DNA of 64,000 bases from Lytechinus pictus. Lineage: Eukaryota. The notes below the pieces were generated by a model, which was given only the letters and a program-made list of their open reading frames with translations, searched no databases and was not told the DNA's origin. The stretch lies in contig NC_087259.1 of NCBI RefSeq assembly GCF_037042905.1, positions 22,754,001-22,818,000 of the forward strand, in the 5' to 3' direction. A program made the position numbers and the translations under genes. Of this stretch, positions 12,142-23,786 are shown piece by piece. How positions within the stretch are numbered: position 1 is the stretch's first letter; each line of letters starts with the position of its first letter.

Positions 12142-15100
12142 ATGCTTCTGGCATACACATTTACTTGCACTCACATGCACCATGCACCTCGGTTACTTCT
12201 TCAACGATTGCAACCAAAATCCTATTTATTCTCTTTCAATAGAGCAGATATATTAAACGGTGAAACCTTTTCTCCCCAGTGTAAATATTATACAGCCAGT
12301 GAATTTAATAAGGCTTTTCATAAAGTAGCTCAAAGTGATATTCCCGACTACTTTAGTTTAATGCATTTAAATATAAGAAGCTTACAAAAAAACTTTGATA
12401 CTTTTTGCGAATTTTTATCCACATTAAACACATTTCCATTTTCTATTATTGGTCTCACAGAGACATGGTTGCATCCAATGTCTCCTCCAATTTACAACAT
12501 TGATAATTACAACTTCCTCCATACAGATCGAAAAGTTGGTAAGGGAGGAGGTGTCGCTCTCTATGTACATAAAGATCTTAATTACAAAGTAAGACATGAT
12601 ATTGAACTTCAAAATATAGAATCCTTATTCATTGAAATTTCTAACGCTAAAAATAAGAATAAAATAATCGGTGTAATCTATAGACCCCCAACCTATAATG
12701 CTGATACATTTTTAAATGAATTGGAATCTAGTCTCGAATCAGTTTCTCGAGAAAACAAAAAAATCTATATCACGGGCGACTTTAACATTGATTTGTCCTT
12801 TCCCTATACTACAATAGGTCAACATTTTACTAATTTATTATCATCAGTTGGATTACAACATCTCGTTAATAAACCAACTAGAATTTCTAACATATCAAAT
12901 ACAATACTTGATAATATTTTTTCTAATGTACTTGATAGAAATAATAATGGAATAATATACTATGATATTTCAGACCATCTGCCTATTTTTGCAATGTATC
13001 CAAATGATAAACGCCCTCACCAACCTAGGGACAAAGAAAACATAACCAGACGAAAAGAAACCCAACGTAATATAGAATCCCTGAAGGTAGATTTGGCTGA
13101 AGAAAATTGGCATGATATTTACCTAGAACAAAATACAAATGACTCTTATGTAATATTCTTAGATAAACTTCTTTATTATTATGATAAAAACGTGCCATTA
13201 CTAAGAGTTAAATCGAGCAAAAAGAAGAACAAACAACCGTGGGTTACACAAGGTATAATTAAATCCATATTTACTCGGAATAGACTCTATAAAATATCCA
13301 TTAAATCGCCTACAATTCAAAACATAAATAAATACAAAAAATTCCGCAACAAATTAACTTCAGTTATCCGCCTAGCTCGCAAATCTTACTTTTCTGATAA
13401 AATTGAAAATAACAAAGATAATAAAAATTCATTATGGAAATCTGTAAATGAGATATTAGGTAAGAAAAAAGAAAGCTATGATAACATTAATTTCGTAGAA
13501 AATGGTCAACACTTGCGAAACCCAAGTGATGTTGCTAATGCCTTTAATAACTTCTTCAATAATATCGGTCCAAATTTAGCTTCAAAAATAGTATCTAATG
13601 ATAATGACTTTTCTGAATACTTAAACGACTTTCCGGAAAATTCTGTATTTTTTAATCCGACTAATACTCATGAGATCTTAGAAATTGTTAGGTCTTTGAA
13701 ACCGACTAAATCTTCAGGGCATGATGGAATAAGTGTCTATTTATTAAAACAAATAATTCACTTTATAGCTTCACCGCTCATGCATATTTTTAACCTTTCT
13801 CTGTATCATGGCATTGTTCCCGATCCACTTAAGATTGCAAAAATAATACCAATATATAAGAAAGATGACCCATGTCTTACTTCCAATTACCGACCAATAT
13901 CTTTATTACCGAGTATCTCTAAAATTCTTGAAAAAGTAGTTTACAAGCGATTGTATTCCTTTTTGAACAATAATAATATATTAATTCCAAATCAATATGG
14001 TTTTAGAGAGAATCATTCAACCGATTATGCTATTTTACAATTATTCGACAAAATATCTGATTCTCTCTCTAAAAAAGAACACACTGTTGGGATTTTTATG
14101 GATCTATCGAAAGCATTCGATACAATGGATCACCGCATTTTACTTTGTAAATTAAAGAGATATGGAATCAGGGGGGTGGTTTTCAATTGGTTCAAAGATT
14201 ACTTAAGTAATCGACGCCATTATGTTTCTTTCAAATCAAAAACATCCAATATTTGTACCATGAAATGTGGAGTACCACAAGGATCGATTTTAGGTCCCTT
14301 GCTATTTTTGATTTATATGAATGATATTGTAAATGCATCTCGAGAATTAACATACGTTTTATTTGCAGACGATACAAATGTCTTCTATTCCCACAAAGAC
14401 TTAAATATACTCGTCCCGACACTTAATTTAGAATTAAAGAAATTATCAAAATGGTTTAAAGCTAATAAACTCTCCCTAAATCTAAGCAAAACAAATTTTA
14501 TGTACTTTAAACACATTCAAACTAAACATATGTTCCTTAATATATACATAGATGACATACCTATCATTGAAAAACAAGAAACCAAATTTTTAGGTGTATG
14601 GATTGACTCAAATTTAACCTGGAACAGTCACATTCACAATATTTCCATGATGGCATCCAGAGGAATAGGAATTTTGTTTAGATTAAAATATTATCTCTCC
14701 AAAAAATCATTATTTATGCTTTATAATTCGTTCGTTTTATCCCACTTATCTTACTGCAACTTAGTATGGGGGTATAGTAGTAAGGTAAAAATAGAAACGA
14801 TTTTCCGTCTCCAAAAGAAAGCACTCCGCATATGTACTCATTCACATTTCATTGCACATACTGATCCAATATTTCACAACTTAAAGACATTGAAAATTGA
14901 AGATATTAACATTTATCAAACCGCCATATTTATGTTTAAATTTTCATCCAATATTATCCCGATTCCATTTCGCAATTTTTTTGTTTACAACAAAGACATT
15001 CACAAATATCCAACACGACATTCAACAGATCTTCACTTAACCAACCCAAGAATATTACTCGCTCATAAGACGATACGCCACCATGGCCCAGATATTTGGA

Positions 15101-15189
15101 ATGCATTGCCACATGATCTTAAACAATGTACATCTCTCTATTCGTTTAAAGCTTCGTTGAAAAAATTTCTTATATCTAAATATACCTAA
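12142..15189 (+). CDS. Intact LINE ORF2 (AP endonuclease + reverse transcriptase), CR1/L2 (Crack-like) group
   Basis: 1015 aa; endonuclease HLNIRS, LTETWL, YRPP, GDFNID, SDHLP; RT NYRPISLL, DLSKAFD, GVPQGSILGPLLF, FADDT, FLG; C-terminal WNALP..FK..LK; no RNase H. AATAAA at about 15533 and an A run at 15555-15568. Confidence 0.95.
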   Translation: MLLAYTFTCTHMHHAPRLLLQRLQPKSYLFSFNRADILNGETFSPQCKYYTASEFNKAFHKVAQSDIPDYFSLMHLNIRSLQKNFDTFCEFLSTLNTFPFSIIGLTETWLHPMSPPIYNIDNYNFLHTDRKVGKGGGVALYVHKDLNYKVRHDIELQNIESLFIEISNAKNKNKIIGVIYRPPTYNADTFLNELESSLESVSRENKKIYITGDFNIDLSFPYTTIGQHFTNLLSSVGLQHLVNKPTRISNISNTILDNIFSNVLDRNNNGIIYYDISDHLPIFAMYPNDKRPHQPRDKENITRRKETQRNIESLKVDLAEENWHDIYLEQNTNDSYVIFLDKLLYYYDKNVPLLRVKSSKKKNKQPWVTQGIIKSIFTRNRLYKISIKSPTIQNINKYKKFRNKLTSVIRLARKSYFSDKIENNKDNKNSLWKSVNEILGKKKESYDNINFVENGQHLRNPSDVANAFNNFFNNIGPNLASKIVSNDNDFSEYLNDFPENSVFFNPTNTHEILEIVRSLKPTKSSGHDGISVYLLKQIIHFIASPLMHIFNLSLYHGIVPDPLKIAKIIPIYKKDDPCLTSNYRPISLLPSISKILEKVVYKRLYSFLNNNNILIPNQYGFRENHSTDYAILQLFDKISDSLSKKEHTVGIFMDLSKAFDTMDHRILLCKLKRYGIRGVVFNWFKDYLSNRRHYVSFKSKTSNICTMKCGVPQGSILGPLLFLIYMNDIVNASRELTYVLFADDTNVFYSHKDLNILVPTLNLELKKLSKWFKANKLSLNLSKTNFMYFKHIQTKHMFLNIYIDDIPIIEKQETKFLGVWIDSNLTWNSHIHNISMMASRGIGILFRLKYYLSKKSLFMLYNSFVLSHLSYCNLVWGYSSKVKIETIFRLQKKALRICTHSHFIAHTDPIFHNLKTLKIEDINIYQTAIFMFKFSSNIIPIPFRNFFVYNKDIHKYPTRHSTDLHLTNPRILLAHKTIRHHGPDIWNALPHDLKQCTSLYSFKASLKKFLISKYT

Positions 15190-17159
15190 TTTGATTCACC
15201 TGCACTCACCCACATGCACACACTTGCAATTCTTTTTACCATTTTTTTCTACCAATATATATATATTTTTAAATCTTATATTTCGTGACGATCAATTTAT
15301 CAAATATGATTTATGATGGTTTTCATGTAGCCCCCTCTCCTGGCTGCTATTGCTTCAAGCATCTTTGTGCTTATAATAGCTGGCCCCTGTATTTTACCGA
15401 ACTATATCACATGCTTAGGTATGATTTAATTATCAGTCTTTTCTGTATTATTTACAATGTATCTCTTTAATTGTCACATTTAAATTGTATTCATTCAATT
15501 ATGTGAACATGTTAATTTATTATTGATTTATGAATAAAATGCAGAAACTCCTGCAAAAAAAAAAAAAATGGTACATTTATTTTAGACCAATGGAGGAAAG
15601 AACCTGGTCATTTCAGATGATCTTTTTTCTTTGCATGTTTAACTTTTCTGTTTACAAATACGAAGGCTGTTAAAGTAATAACCACTCTTTTTGTTGCTAA
15701 CAGTATTGGACAGAAGATGTAAGCTAGTTCAATGATCATGATGATGAATTGAGTTAGATTTATTTTCTAATTCTACAGTATGAAAATGGCCTGCAGCCAG
15801 TAGAGCATTCTTTTTGTCTAAATAATTCATCCGGTAATTGAAACATGATAAACGATGTGTTTTATAGGTGTCGGTCAAATTTTGAAATTGGTTCCTAACT
15901 TCGTGGTATATTAATAAATATGTCTTTTTTAGAGTTCAAACAAAAATATAGATTGTAACTCTGGATTAAAAAAAACAGTTTTTTTTTTTTTATCTTTGAG
16001 GAGTTTTAATTGATCCAGTGATCTGTTGGTGCTTGATTACTCTAGACTTATTTTTGATTACTTAAGTGTGAACATGACCTGGATCTCAGTAAAATATTCC
16101 TTTTATTCATTTCTCCGGAAATGTATATACATAAGCAAGATTAATATTTTGCCGGTGGATTTTTTTTTTTTTTATTTTTTTTTTTATTTTTAAATCTCGC
16201 GGTTCATTTCGGAGTAAAAAAGGAGTATATAGTAACTCCATTGATTAAAAAGAACAAACAAACCTGTGACATGTGACTGTGATGAATTCTAAATTCTAAA
16301 TCCAGTAAACTGCCCATTCTGGATTTATTTTGGAATTTTGGATTTAATGACAATCTTGTTTTAACCTTTGTGTACATTTTAATGCCATGCTTGTGCATTA
16401 TTCATAAAGGCTTATTCTTAACTGCAAAATTTTCTTTCTGTTTTGAAGAAGAAGAAAAAAATTTTACTGATCATAATCATAAGTGTACATTGCTGTTTTA
16501 AGGTCAAAAGAGGAAAGAACTTTGTAATTGTCATGTAGGTTTACTCTGTTCACTGAGGACGTACAGTATATAGGACATAATTATTTGTAAAAACAGTAAC
16601 CATTCTACATAAGAAAAAGATAGCTTTAGTTAATTTATGTTTGTGACAAATCAACTATGATTAATGTACAGCTAGTGTAACATGATCTGGATCTCAGACG
16701 ATCATTCTTTTTATTCATCAATTCACCGGTATTTCGATCAAGCCAAACAAATTGTATACCAGGTGTAAGAGTACAAGTTTTATTTAAATGTACGAACACC
16801 ATAACTACATTCGAATGCCTTTTCTCCTTCTTTCAGTTTTCTGGGAAGCATGCTCTGAACAATTTGAATTTGTGTCATTCCTTATCCTATTCTATATAGG
16901 GGAGGCTTCCCAGCTTGTTTTATTCACGGGAGCTCACCCAACTCTTTTATGCTTATTTAGTACAAAATATTTACGATGCAATTGACATCGTATATAATTG
17001 CCAATGTTTACCTGATGACTTTTCATGTGTTTGTGCTCCTTTTCTTCATAGGAATGTGTATAACCAGTTTTTCTTTATCCAATTATTATTCTCTCCAGTA
17101 CGTCCTTGCCTCGCTGACACTCAGAGCACGCGGTCTCGTCGGTCTCTTCAGGAAGCGAT

Positions 17160-20029
17160 TCTTTTGCATTTCGTGTTTTTCTCTTTCAATTCCCAGTGAT
17201 TGAAAATTTCCCCTTTTCAGTGTTGAATGATGATGAGTTTTACAATTTGTTTAGGCCGAACAACGAAACCCAAAATACTAACTACAATTCTTCTTTTGAA
17301 AATCTCGTATCAATGGAGATGAATTTAGCTGCAGATTTAAATGAAAATAACGACAATAATTATCCAAGTTCGAATTACTTTACAATAAATCAATTTAATT
17401 ATCTTGATAAATCTACTTATACACTTTCAATAACATGAATAATGCACATGAATATAAGGAGCTTGAGCTCTAATTTCGACAATTTACGCCTTTTATCCGA
17501 TTAATCTTCACAAACCAAAATGTCCATAATCGCGCTAACTGAGACATGGTTATCACAGGAATCTGATGGTTTATACTCACTTCCTGGTTACACATTTGTA
17601 GAAAACCATATAGGGGTAATAGACGGGGAGGACTCAGGGGTAGGTATCTATATCAATGAACAACTAGAATATTTTACTCACAATGATCTTAATTGTATGA
17701 ATGAAATTGCTGTATCTCTTATCATTGAAATTCGGGTACCAAACTCTAAAAACATAATGATCGCAGTATTTTATAGACCTCCTAACTCCAACACAAATAA
17801 TTTTTTGAATACTTGCAAGACTTTCTACAAAATCCGGTTTTTTATAATAAAGATTGTTATGTGGTAGGTGACTTTAATATAGACATATCTAAATCTAATC
17901 ACAATAGGTCACATGAATTTTTGGATATCATGCTTTCATCATCCTTTTTACCATTGATAACAAAACCCACTAGGGTTACTAACTAATCTGCAACCCTTAT
18001 TGATAATAATTTTTGTAATGTTTCTCCTTTACCCGAGTCTGGAATAATTTTATCTGATATTTCTGACCATTTCCCGATATTTTCAAGAACTCCGTTTAGG
18101 TTAGCAAAAAAAGATACCCCGCAACATAAATTCCGACGACTAACACCAAATAATTTACAGAGCTTAAAAGATGGTCTTGAAGACGCGGATTGGTCTGAGG
18201 CATTCAGTTCTCAAGATACCAATACAGCATATAATATATTTATGAAAATTTTTACTTCACATTTAGATAGACATGTACCATTGGTCAGTAAATGTAATAA
18301 TTATAAAAATAGTCCAAGACTTCCTTGGATATCGAAATCAATATTACGATCAATAAATCGCAAAAATAACTTATACTATGCCGATAAAATTAATCGCTCA
18401 GAAAAGTCACATCGTAAATATACTACATATAAAAATACCCTCACTAAATTATTGCGGAGTGAAAAACGAAAATATTTCACAAATCAATTAATTCGTTTCA
18501 AACACGACATCAATAAAACATGGAAAACAATAAACACTTCCATAAATAAACAAAGCACAAAAGCACGCATAAAAACAATAAAGCACAATAATGTTGAAAT
18601 TTATGATTCTTTTCGTATAGCTTAATATTTAATCAATACTCTACAAAAATTGGAAAAAGTCTTGCAGACAATATACCATTAACACAAAAAAAAATTACAG
18701 ATTTCATTCACCAACCAAACCCTAATTCTTTATTTTTAGTACCAGTACATAGAAATGAAATAATAGATATAGTGAACAACTTAAAAAACAAAAAAAGCTA
18801 TGGTCACGATGGTATTGACAATTTTTTTTTAAAGAATGTTATATAATATATTGTTGATCCATTAGCATACATATTCAACCTTTCTTTAAGTAATGGCGTC
18901 GTGCCTGACAATATGAAAATATCAAAGATAATACCAGTGCACAAAAAAGGAGAAAAGATTAATGTATGTAACTATAGACCGATAGCTTTATTACCTACTT
19001 TGTCCAAAGTTATGGAAAGGGTGATCTACACAAGATTATTAAATTTTTTGAATAAATATAATATAATCTCTGATTTTCAATTTGGATTTCGCCAAAAACA
19101 AAGTACATCTCATGCCACTCTCTCATTTATTGACAAAATAACAAAAGCTATTGACGACTTTGAACATACAATAGGTGTTTTTCTGGACCTCTCCAAGGCC
19201 TTTGACACTATAAATCATGAAATACTGCTCTACAAACTTGAAAATTACGAAGTTCGTGGAAAAGCCTTGGAGTGGTTCAGAAACTACCTCGTAAATCGTA
19301 AACAATTCGTAAGCATAAATGAACAAAATTCTTCTCTACAAAATGTTAACTGGGGTGTTCCCCAAGGCAGCCTCCTGGGCCCTCTCTTATTTATAATCTA
19401 TATAAATGACATCCAGAACTCCTCTGAAATACCCCGGACCATCCTTGCAAAATCAATTTTTACTTTTGAAGGCCCTAGACTCTGGGGAACTATTAATAAA
19501 AACATCAAAGAATCACCAAGCCTTTATTCTTTCAAATATAAGTTCAAAAAATTTCTCCAAGATAACCATTGAATTTAACTCTTCATCACTCAAACTCTTG
19601 TATTTTTTTTTAAATCAAACATGATTATCATGTCACGTACGCTTTTCCATCTCTTTCGTTTTCCTGTTGATCAACGAGGTCCGTCTGTGAGTGCTGGGGC
19701 TGGATTCCGGAGACCTTTAATCTCTCTTTTTCTTATTTCCTTTTCTATTTTAATTTCCCCTATTTCCTTTTAATTTAACTGGTTCATGCTCAAGTTGTTA
19801 TTTTGATTTGTATATGCTATGCAACTACAAGAATATTTATTAGGAGGCTGCACTCTACAAGCTCCGCTTTTTAGCAGCCTCCTCCATTTCCAACCTGATA
19901 TGTAATAATCTTGAATATAATTTTTGTACAGGAATACTTGAATTATGTTTTGTTATTTATATGTTAAAATGTACAAAATAAACTGTAATTGTTGAAAATG
20001 GAAATAAACGAAATGAAATGAAATGAAAT
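17160..20029 (+). mobile_element. Decayed CR1/L2 (Crack-like) LINE: ORF2 pseudogene with 3' UTR and (GAAAT)n tail
   Basis: ORF pieces 17196-17438, 17520-17867 (LTETWL, YRPP), 18242-18625, 18901-19572 (NYRPIALL, DLSKAFD, GVPQGS) broken by stops and frameshifts; internal deletion at about 19432 removes the ADD motif and thumb; ends aataaac(gaaat)4. Confidence 0.9.
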
Positions 20030-20793
20030 ATTAGTTTGCAATATTATGAGTTGTACTTTGTTGAGTAGACAAAAAAAAATGCTGGAGAACGCTACCATAA
20101 GCAGTGCTTGACTAGGGTAGCGGCCTCAAACGTAATAGCGAAATAAACAATGCGGATGAATATGATTTTCCTGCCCGGTCCCCTTTATTTGACCAAAACA
20201 TGATCCTACCCTGGAAATGATATATGAATTTTGTAAACGCTGGTTTAAGTGCGATTAATAAAATGAGTTAATAAAGTCAAAGCTGAAAAAAAAGCAAATA
20301 CAAAGAAAATAGAAAAATGAGACATTCGATCTAGACTGGGTGCAAGGTGCAGTTAGTTTCATATATATTAGTTTTAATGTTTAGCCTATTAAAAGTTTAT
20401 CCGGCAGTTTCTATCAAACTTTGTCGAAACTTTAAAGTGCCTTATCGATTTGACAAAAGGGCGAAATATTTTATATTATCAAGTCTACTTAATATCGATA
20501 TCATTTTAACACCTCATCTTGCCAAGCAGGCGCGGTTCTAGGCTAAAATTTTGAAGGTGTTTCTGGGGGCTTGAGAGATTTTCGACGTTGGCTTATTCAA
20601 TAAATGGTATGGGCAGCGTATGTGTACTTGGGAGAATATGCTGATGTGATTCAGCAGCTAGTCCCCCGCCCATGTTTCTAATAAAAACTAAAATCACATC
20701 TTCAAAATGTTTGAGAATGTTTGTAATAACCATGTCATGTATGATACCTATCTACGGAGCCCGAGAGGGGACATGCATGAAATTTTTTTTTTA

Positions 20794-21103
20794 GTAAGTC
20801 GTTCCCACCACTTATAAGTCGTTACCACCACTTATAAGTCGTTACCACCACTTATAAGTCGTTCCCACCACTTATAAGTCGTTACCACCACTTATAAGTC
20901 GTTACCACCACTTATAAGTCGTTCCCACCACTTATAAGTCGTTCCCACCACTTATAAGTCGTTCCCACCACTTATAAGTCGATACCACCACTTATAAGTC
21001 GTTCCCACCACTTATAAGTCGTGACCACCACTTATAAGTCGTTCCCACCACTTATAACTCGTTACCACCACTTATAAGTCGTTCCCACCACTTATAATTC
21101 GTT
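20794..21103 (+). repeat. Left subterminal tandem array, ~15 x 20 bp (CTTATAAGTCGTTMCCACCA)
   Basis: Head-to-tail units with no spacers; the palindrome ACTTATAAGT recurs every 20 bp. Confidence 0.97.
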
Positions 21104-21214
21104 TACTGCGTCTGGACTAAATTCTTCGTAAGGCCTATGCTAGAGCGATTTAGAGTCGATTTAGAGTCGTCTTTTTTAAAACTACTGATTTTGTTCTGAC
21201 CATTTTAGCCAAAA

Positions 21215-22060
21215 ATGGATGAACGAGAGCAAGAACGAAATGCAGTGATAAAGATATGCTTTGAAATGGGACTCATGTACAAAGACATAGTTACGATTCT
21301 TGCCACAGAGTGTGGAATTGTAATTTCTTTCCGTCATTTGAAAAGGCTGCTCAGACAGCATGGCCTGTCAAGGAGAAAAAACTACAGTGACATCGGTGAG
21401 GTTGTAGACTTTATTCTAAAGCAGGTCGAGGGATCGGGTCGTCTGCATGGCTACCGATGGATGTTTGAAAAATGTCGGGCACATCATATCAATTGTAAAA
21501 AGGAAGATGTAAGGATAATCCTTGGAGTTGTCGACCCAGAAGGGACAACTCAGAGGAGAAGGAGAAGACTGAGGCGACGTCAGTATTCATCCAAAGGGCC
21601 AAACTTTTTGTGGCATCTGGACAGCTACGACAAACTGAAAGCATTTGGAATATGCATTAATGGCTGCATCGATGGGTTTTCCAGGAAAATAATGTGGATG
21701 AACGCCTACCACACTTCATCAGACCCGAAGGTGATTGGAGGGTACTACATAGAAAAGGTGTCAGACATCGGAGGATGTCCATCTGTTGTACGTGGGGATC
21801 TAGGTACCGAGAATAGATATGTGCGTGACTTTCAAAGGTTCTTCCGTGAGGACGACGAAGATGGCATGGCGGGCATTCGCAGTTATCTAGAAGGTCCAAG
21901 CACCGCCAATCAAAGGATCGAGTACTGGTGGTCCTTCCTTCGAAGGGAGTGCATGGAATTTTGGATCTATTTTTTTCGCGATTTGCAAGATGACGGTGAT
22001 TTCATTGGCAATTTCGTAGATGTCAATCTCCTACGGTTTTGTTTCTTACATCTTATCCAG
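21215..22060 (+). CDS. IS3EU DDE transposase, exon 1
   Basis: HTH-like N-terminus, GYRWM, WHLDSYDKL (D), GCIDGFSRKI, RGDLGTEN (D), STANQRIEYWW (E); donor CAG|GTAAGA after 22060, phase 0. Confidence 0.9.
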
Positions 22061-22607
22061 GTAAGAGCAATGGCAATTTTTACCTCCATTTTAGATTTGC
22101 ATGACCATCGACCAAAATTAAGAATCAGAAATTAAGATTAGAAGAAAATCTTTAACTTTACTTTATAATATCATATAGATCTAGGCCTTTAATTGTTCTT
22201 TTACAGTGATCAACTTTTTTGTTCGCACTGCAAATGAATTGAAGCAGCGCAAGGATCTGGTTCTGGACATTTGAGAATGTCGATCCCCAAGAAGTAACGA
22301 AGTTGGATGTTGATCACACTTTCAAAAGGATCAATGTAAAAAAAAGTTGGGGCGTTTTTGCAGGGTAGCTTTGCCCCACCCCCTCCAAAGGGTCAGGGGT
22401 GCTGCTCTCAGGGGCCTGATTTAATATAGCATTTAGTAACCGAAGCCATAGATGTTTAATCATGCTTCAGTGCCGAATAGAATATTGCCAAACATTTTAC
22501 ATTTTCATTTTCATGTTTCCTCCCTTGTGTCTTTTGTTGACGGTATACTGGTTTATGCTTAAAATATTAAATGACGCCGTTTTATCTCTTTCCCATCTCA
22601 ATTGCAG

Positions 22608-22940
22608 GCTGAGCTTGATGAAGTGGTAGATGTATGGGATCGGCATCTCATTAGACCATCGAGGAACGTCCAAGCTCCTAGCGGCCGCCCAAACATTATG
22701 TTCAACTTGCCGTCTTTGTACACTACAAGAGATTATCTGCATGGTGTGAGCCAGGAACGTATGCAAGCATGCAAAGAGGAATGTGTTTTCAGAAAAACAA
22801 TACCATGTGATGAAGACATCTTTGAACTCTGTTGCATCGTGATGAATGAAGTTGGGTACGAGTATCCAAGAGACGGACACGGTGCTCGACTTCTTTATGT
22901 AGCTCTTCGACGTGAGATAACACACTTGCTTAACAATTAA
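22608..22940 (+). CDS. IS3EU DDE transposase, exon 2
   Basis: Pyrimidine tract + TTGCAG acceptor at 22607; phase-0 join gives FCFLHLIQ|AELDEVVDVWDRHLIRPSRN..GRP; spliced product 392 aa with no internal stops. Confidence 0.88.
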   Translation, partial: AELDEVVDVWDRHLIRPSRNVQAPSGRPNIMFNLPSLYTTRDYLHGVSQERMQACKEECVFRKTIPCDEDIFELCCIVMNEVGYEYPRDGHGARLLYVALRREITHLLNN

Positions 22941-23786
22941 TTCTGTCTGAAGGTGCAGCAGCTATAGGTTCAAACCAACTTAACCAAGGAATACAAACAA
23001 TACCTGTTCATGTGGGTGTGTTTTAAGTTTTTCCTTTTTTGTTCTTCTTAAAAATTTACTATGAGAAGGCTTTTTTTTTCCACCGCCACCCCCCCCCCCG
23101 GTTGCCCCCTCTTTCTTTCTCTCTCCCTCTCTCTTTTTTTCTCTCTACCCCTCTCTCTATATTGATAGGTTCACATGGTGTGATTACCATGATAATCAGA
23201 ATAGATTGATATATATGATGACGGTACGTAAATGTAAGGTGAGGTAAATGTAAGGTGAGGTAGATCTAGGCCTATATCAGTATATGTAATTAAGAAAAGT
23301 AATATTTCAAAATGATATTGTGTGGGTTTACGTTAATTTTTAAACTCACCTAGCTGGCAATCACAACAGTACTTGGAGTTGGAAGTGTAATTATTTAAGC
23401 TTTGGAAATGTCTGACTTGTTATAGTTATAACAGGACCAACTCCCCGCCCCCCCCCCCCTTCTCTCGATTCCTCTCTTGATCCAACTCTCTCCCTGGTCG
23501 GAACGAAGTCAGTCCTAATTAGACCTAACGTTACAAGACTGTGAAGACTCTCAATTAAATATAAATCGCTCTATCCTAGGCCTATAGGATAAAGGTTTAT
23601 AGTCGATCTGTAGTCACGTTAAAAGCAGTAAAATAAAGTAAACGTAGGCCTACCTATACGGGACCTATACATCTATCCAGGTCTTACTTGTTTCCGTCCT
23701 CGGCATGCATGACCGACCCCATTCAGAAAATCGTCAGCAACATGCTTCTTCTTCTTGTTGTTGTTATAATGTTGGGTACCCGGGTC

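Noticed and set aside
20745-20752. 8-bp TSD TACCTATC (hAT-like) for the 20.7-27.7 kb element
   Set aside because: The TA at the right end belongs to the TIR (TACGG..CCGTA); symmetric ends give a 6-bp TSD, and the transposase is not hAT-like.
20794-21103. CRISPR-like array next to a nuclease-like ORF
   Set aside because: Units are contiguous with no unique spacers, are mirrored at 27453-27614, and lie inside transposon TIRs in eukaryotic DNA.
22061-22135. C-terminus of the 306-aa ORF as annotated
   Set aside because: Read-through into the intron; conserved sequence resumes in the exon at 22608.
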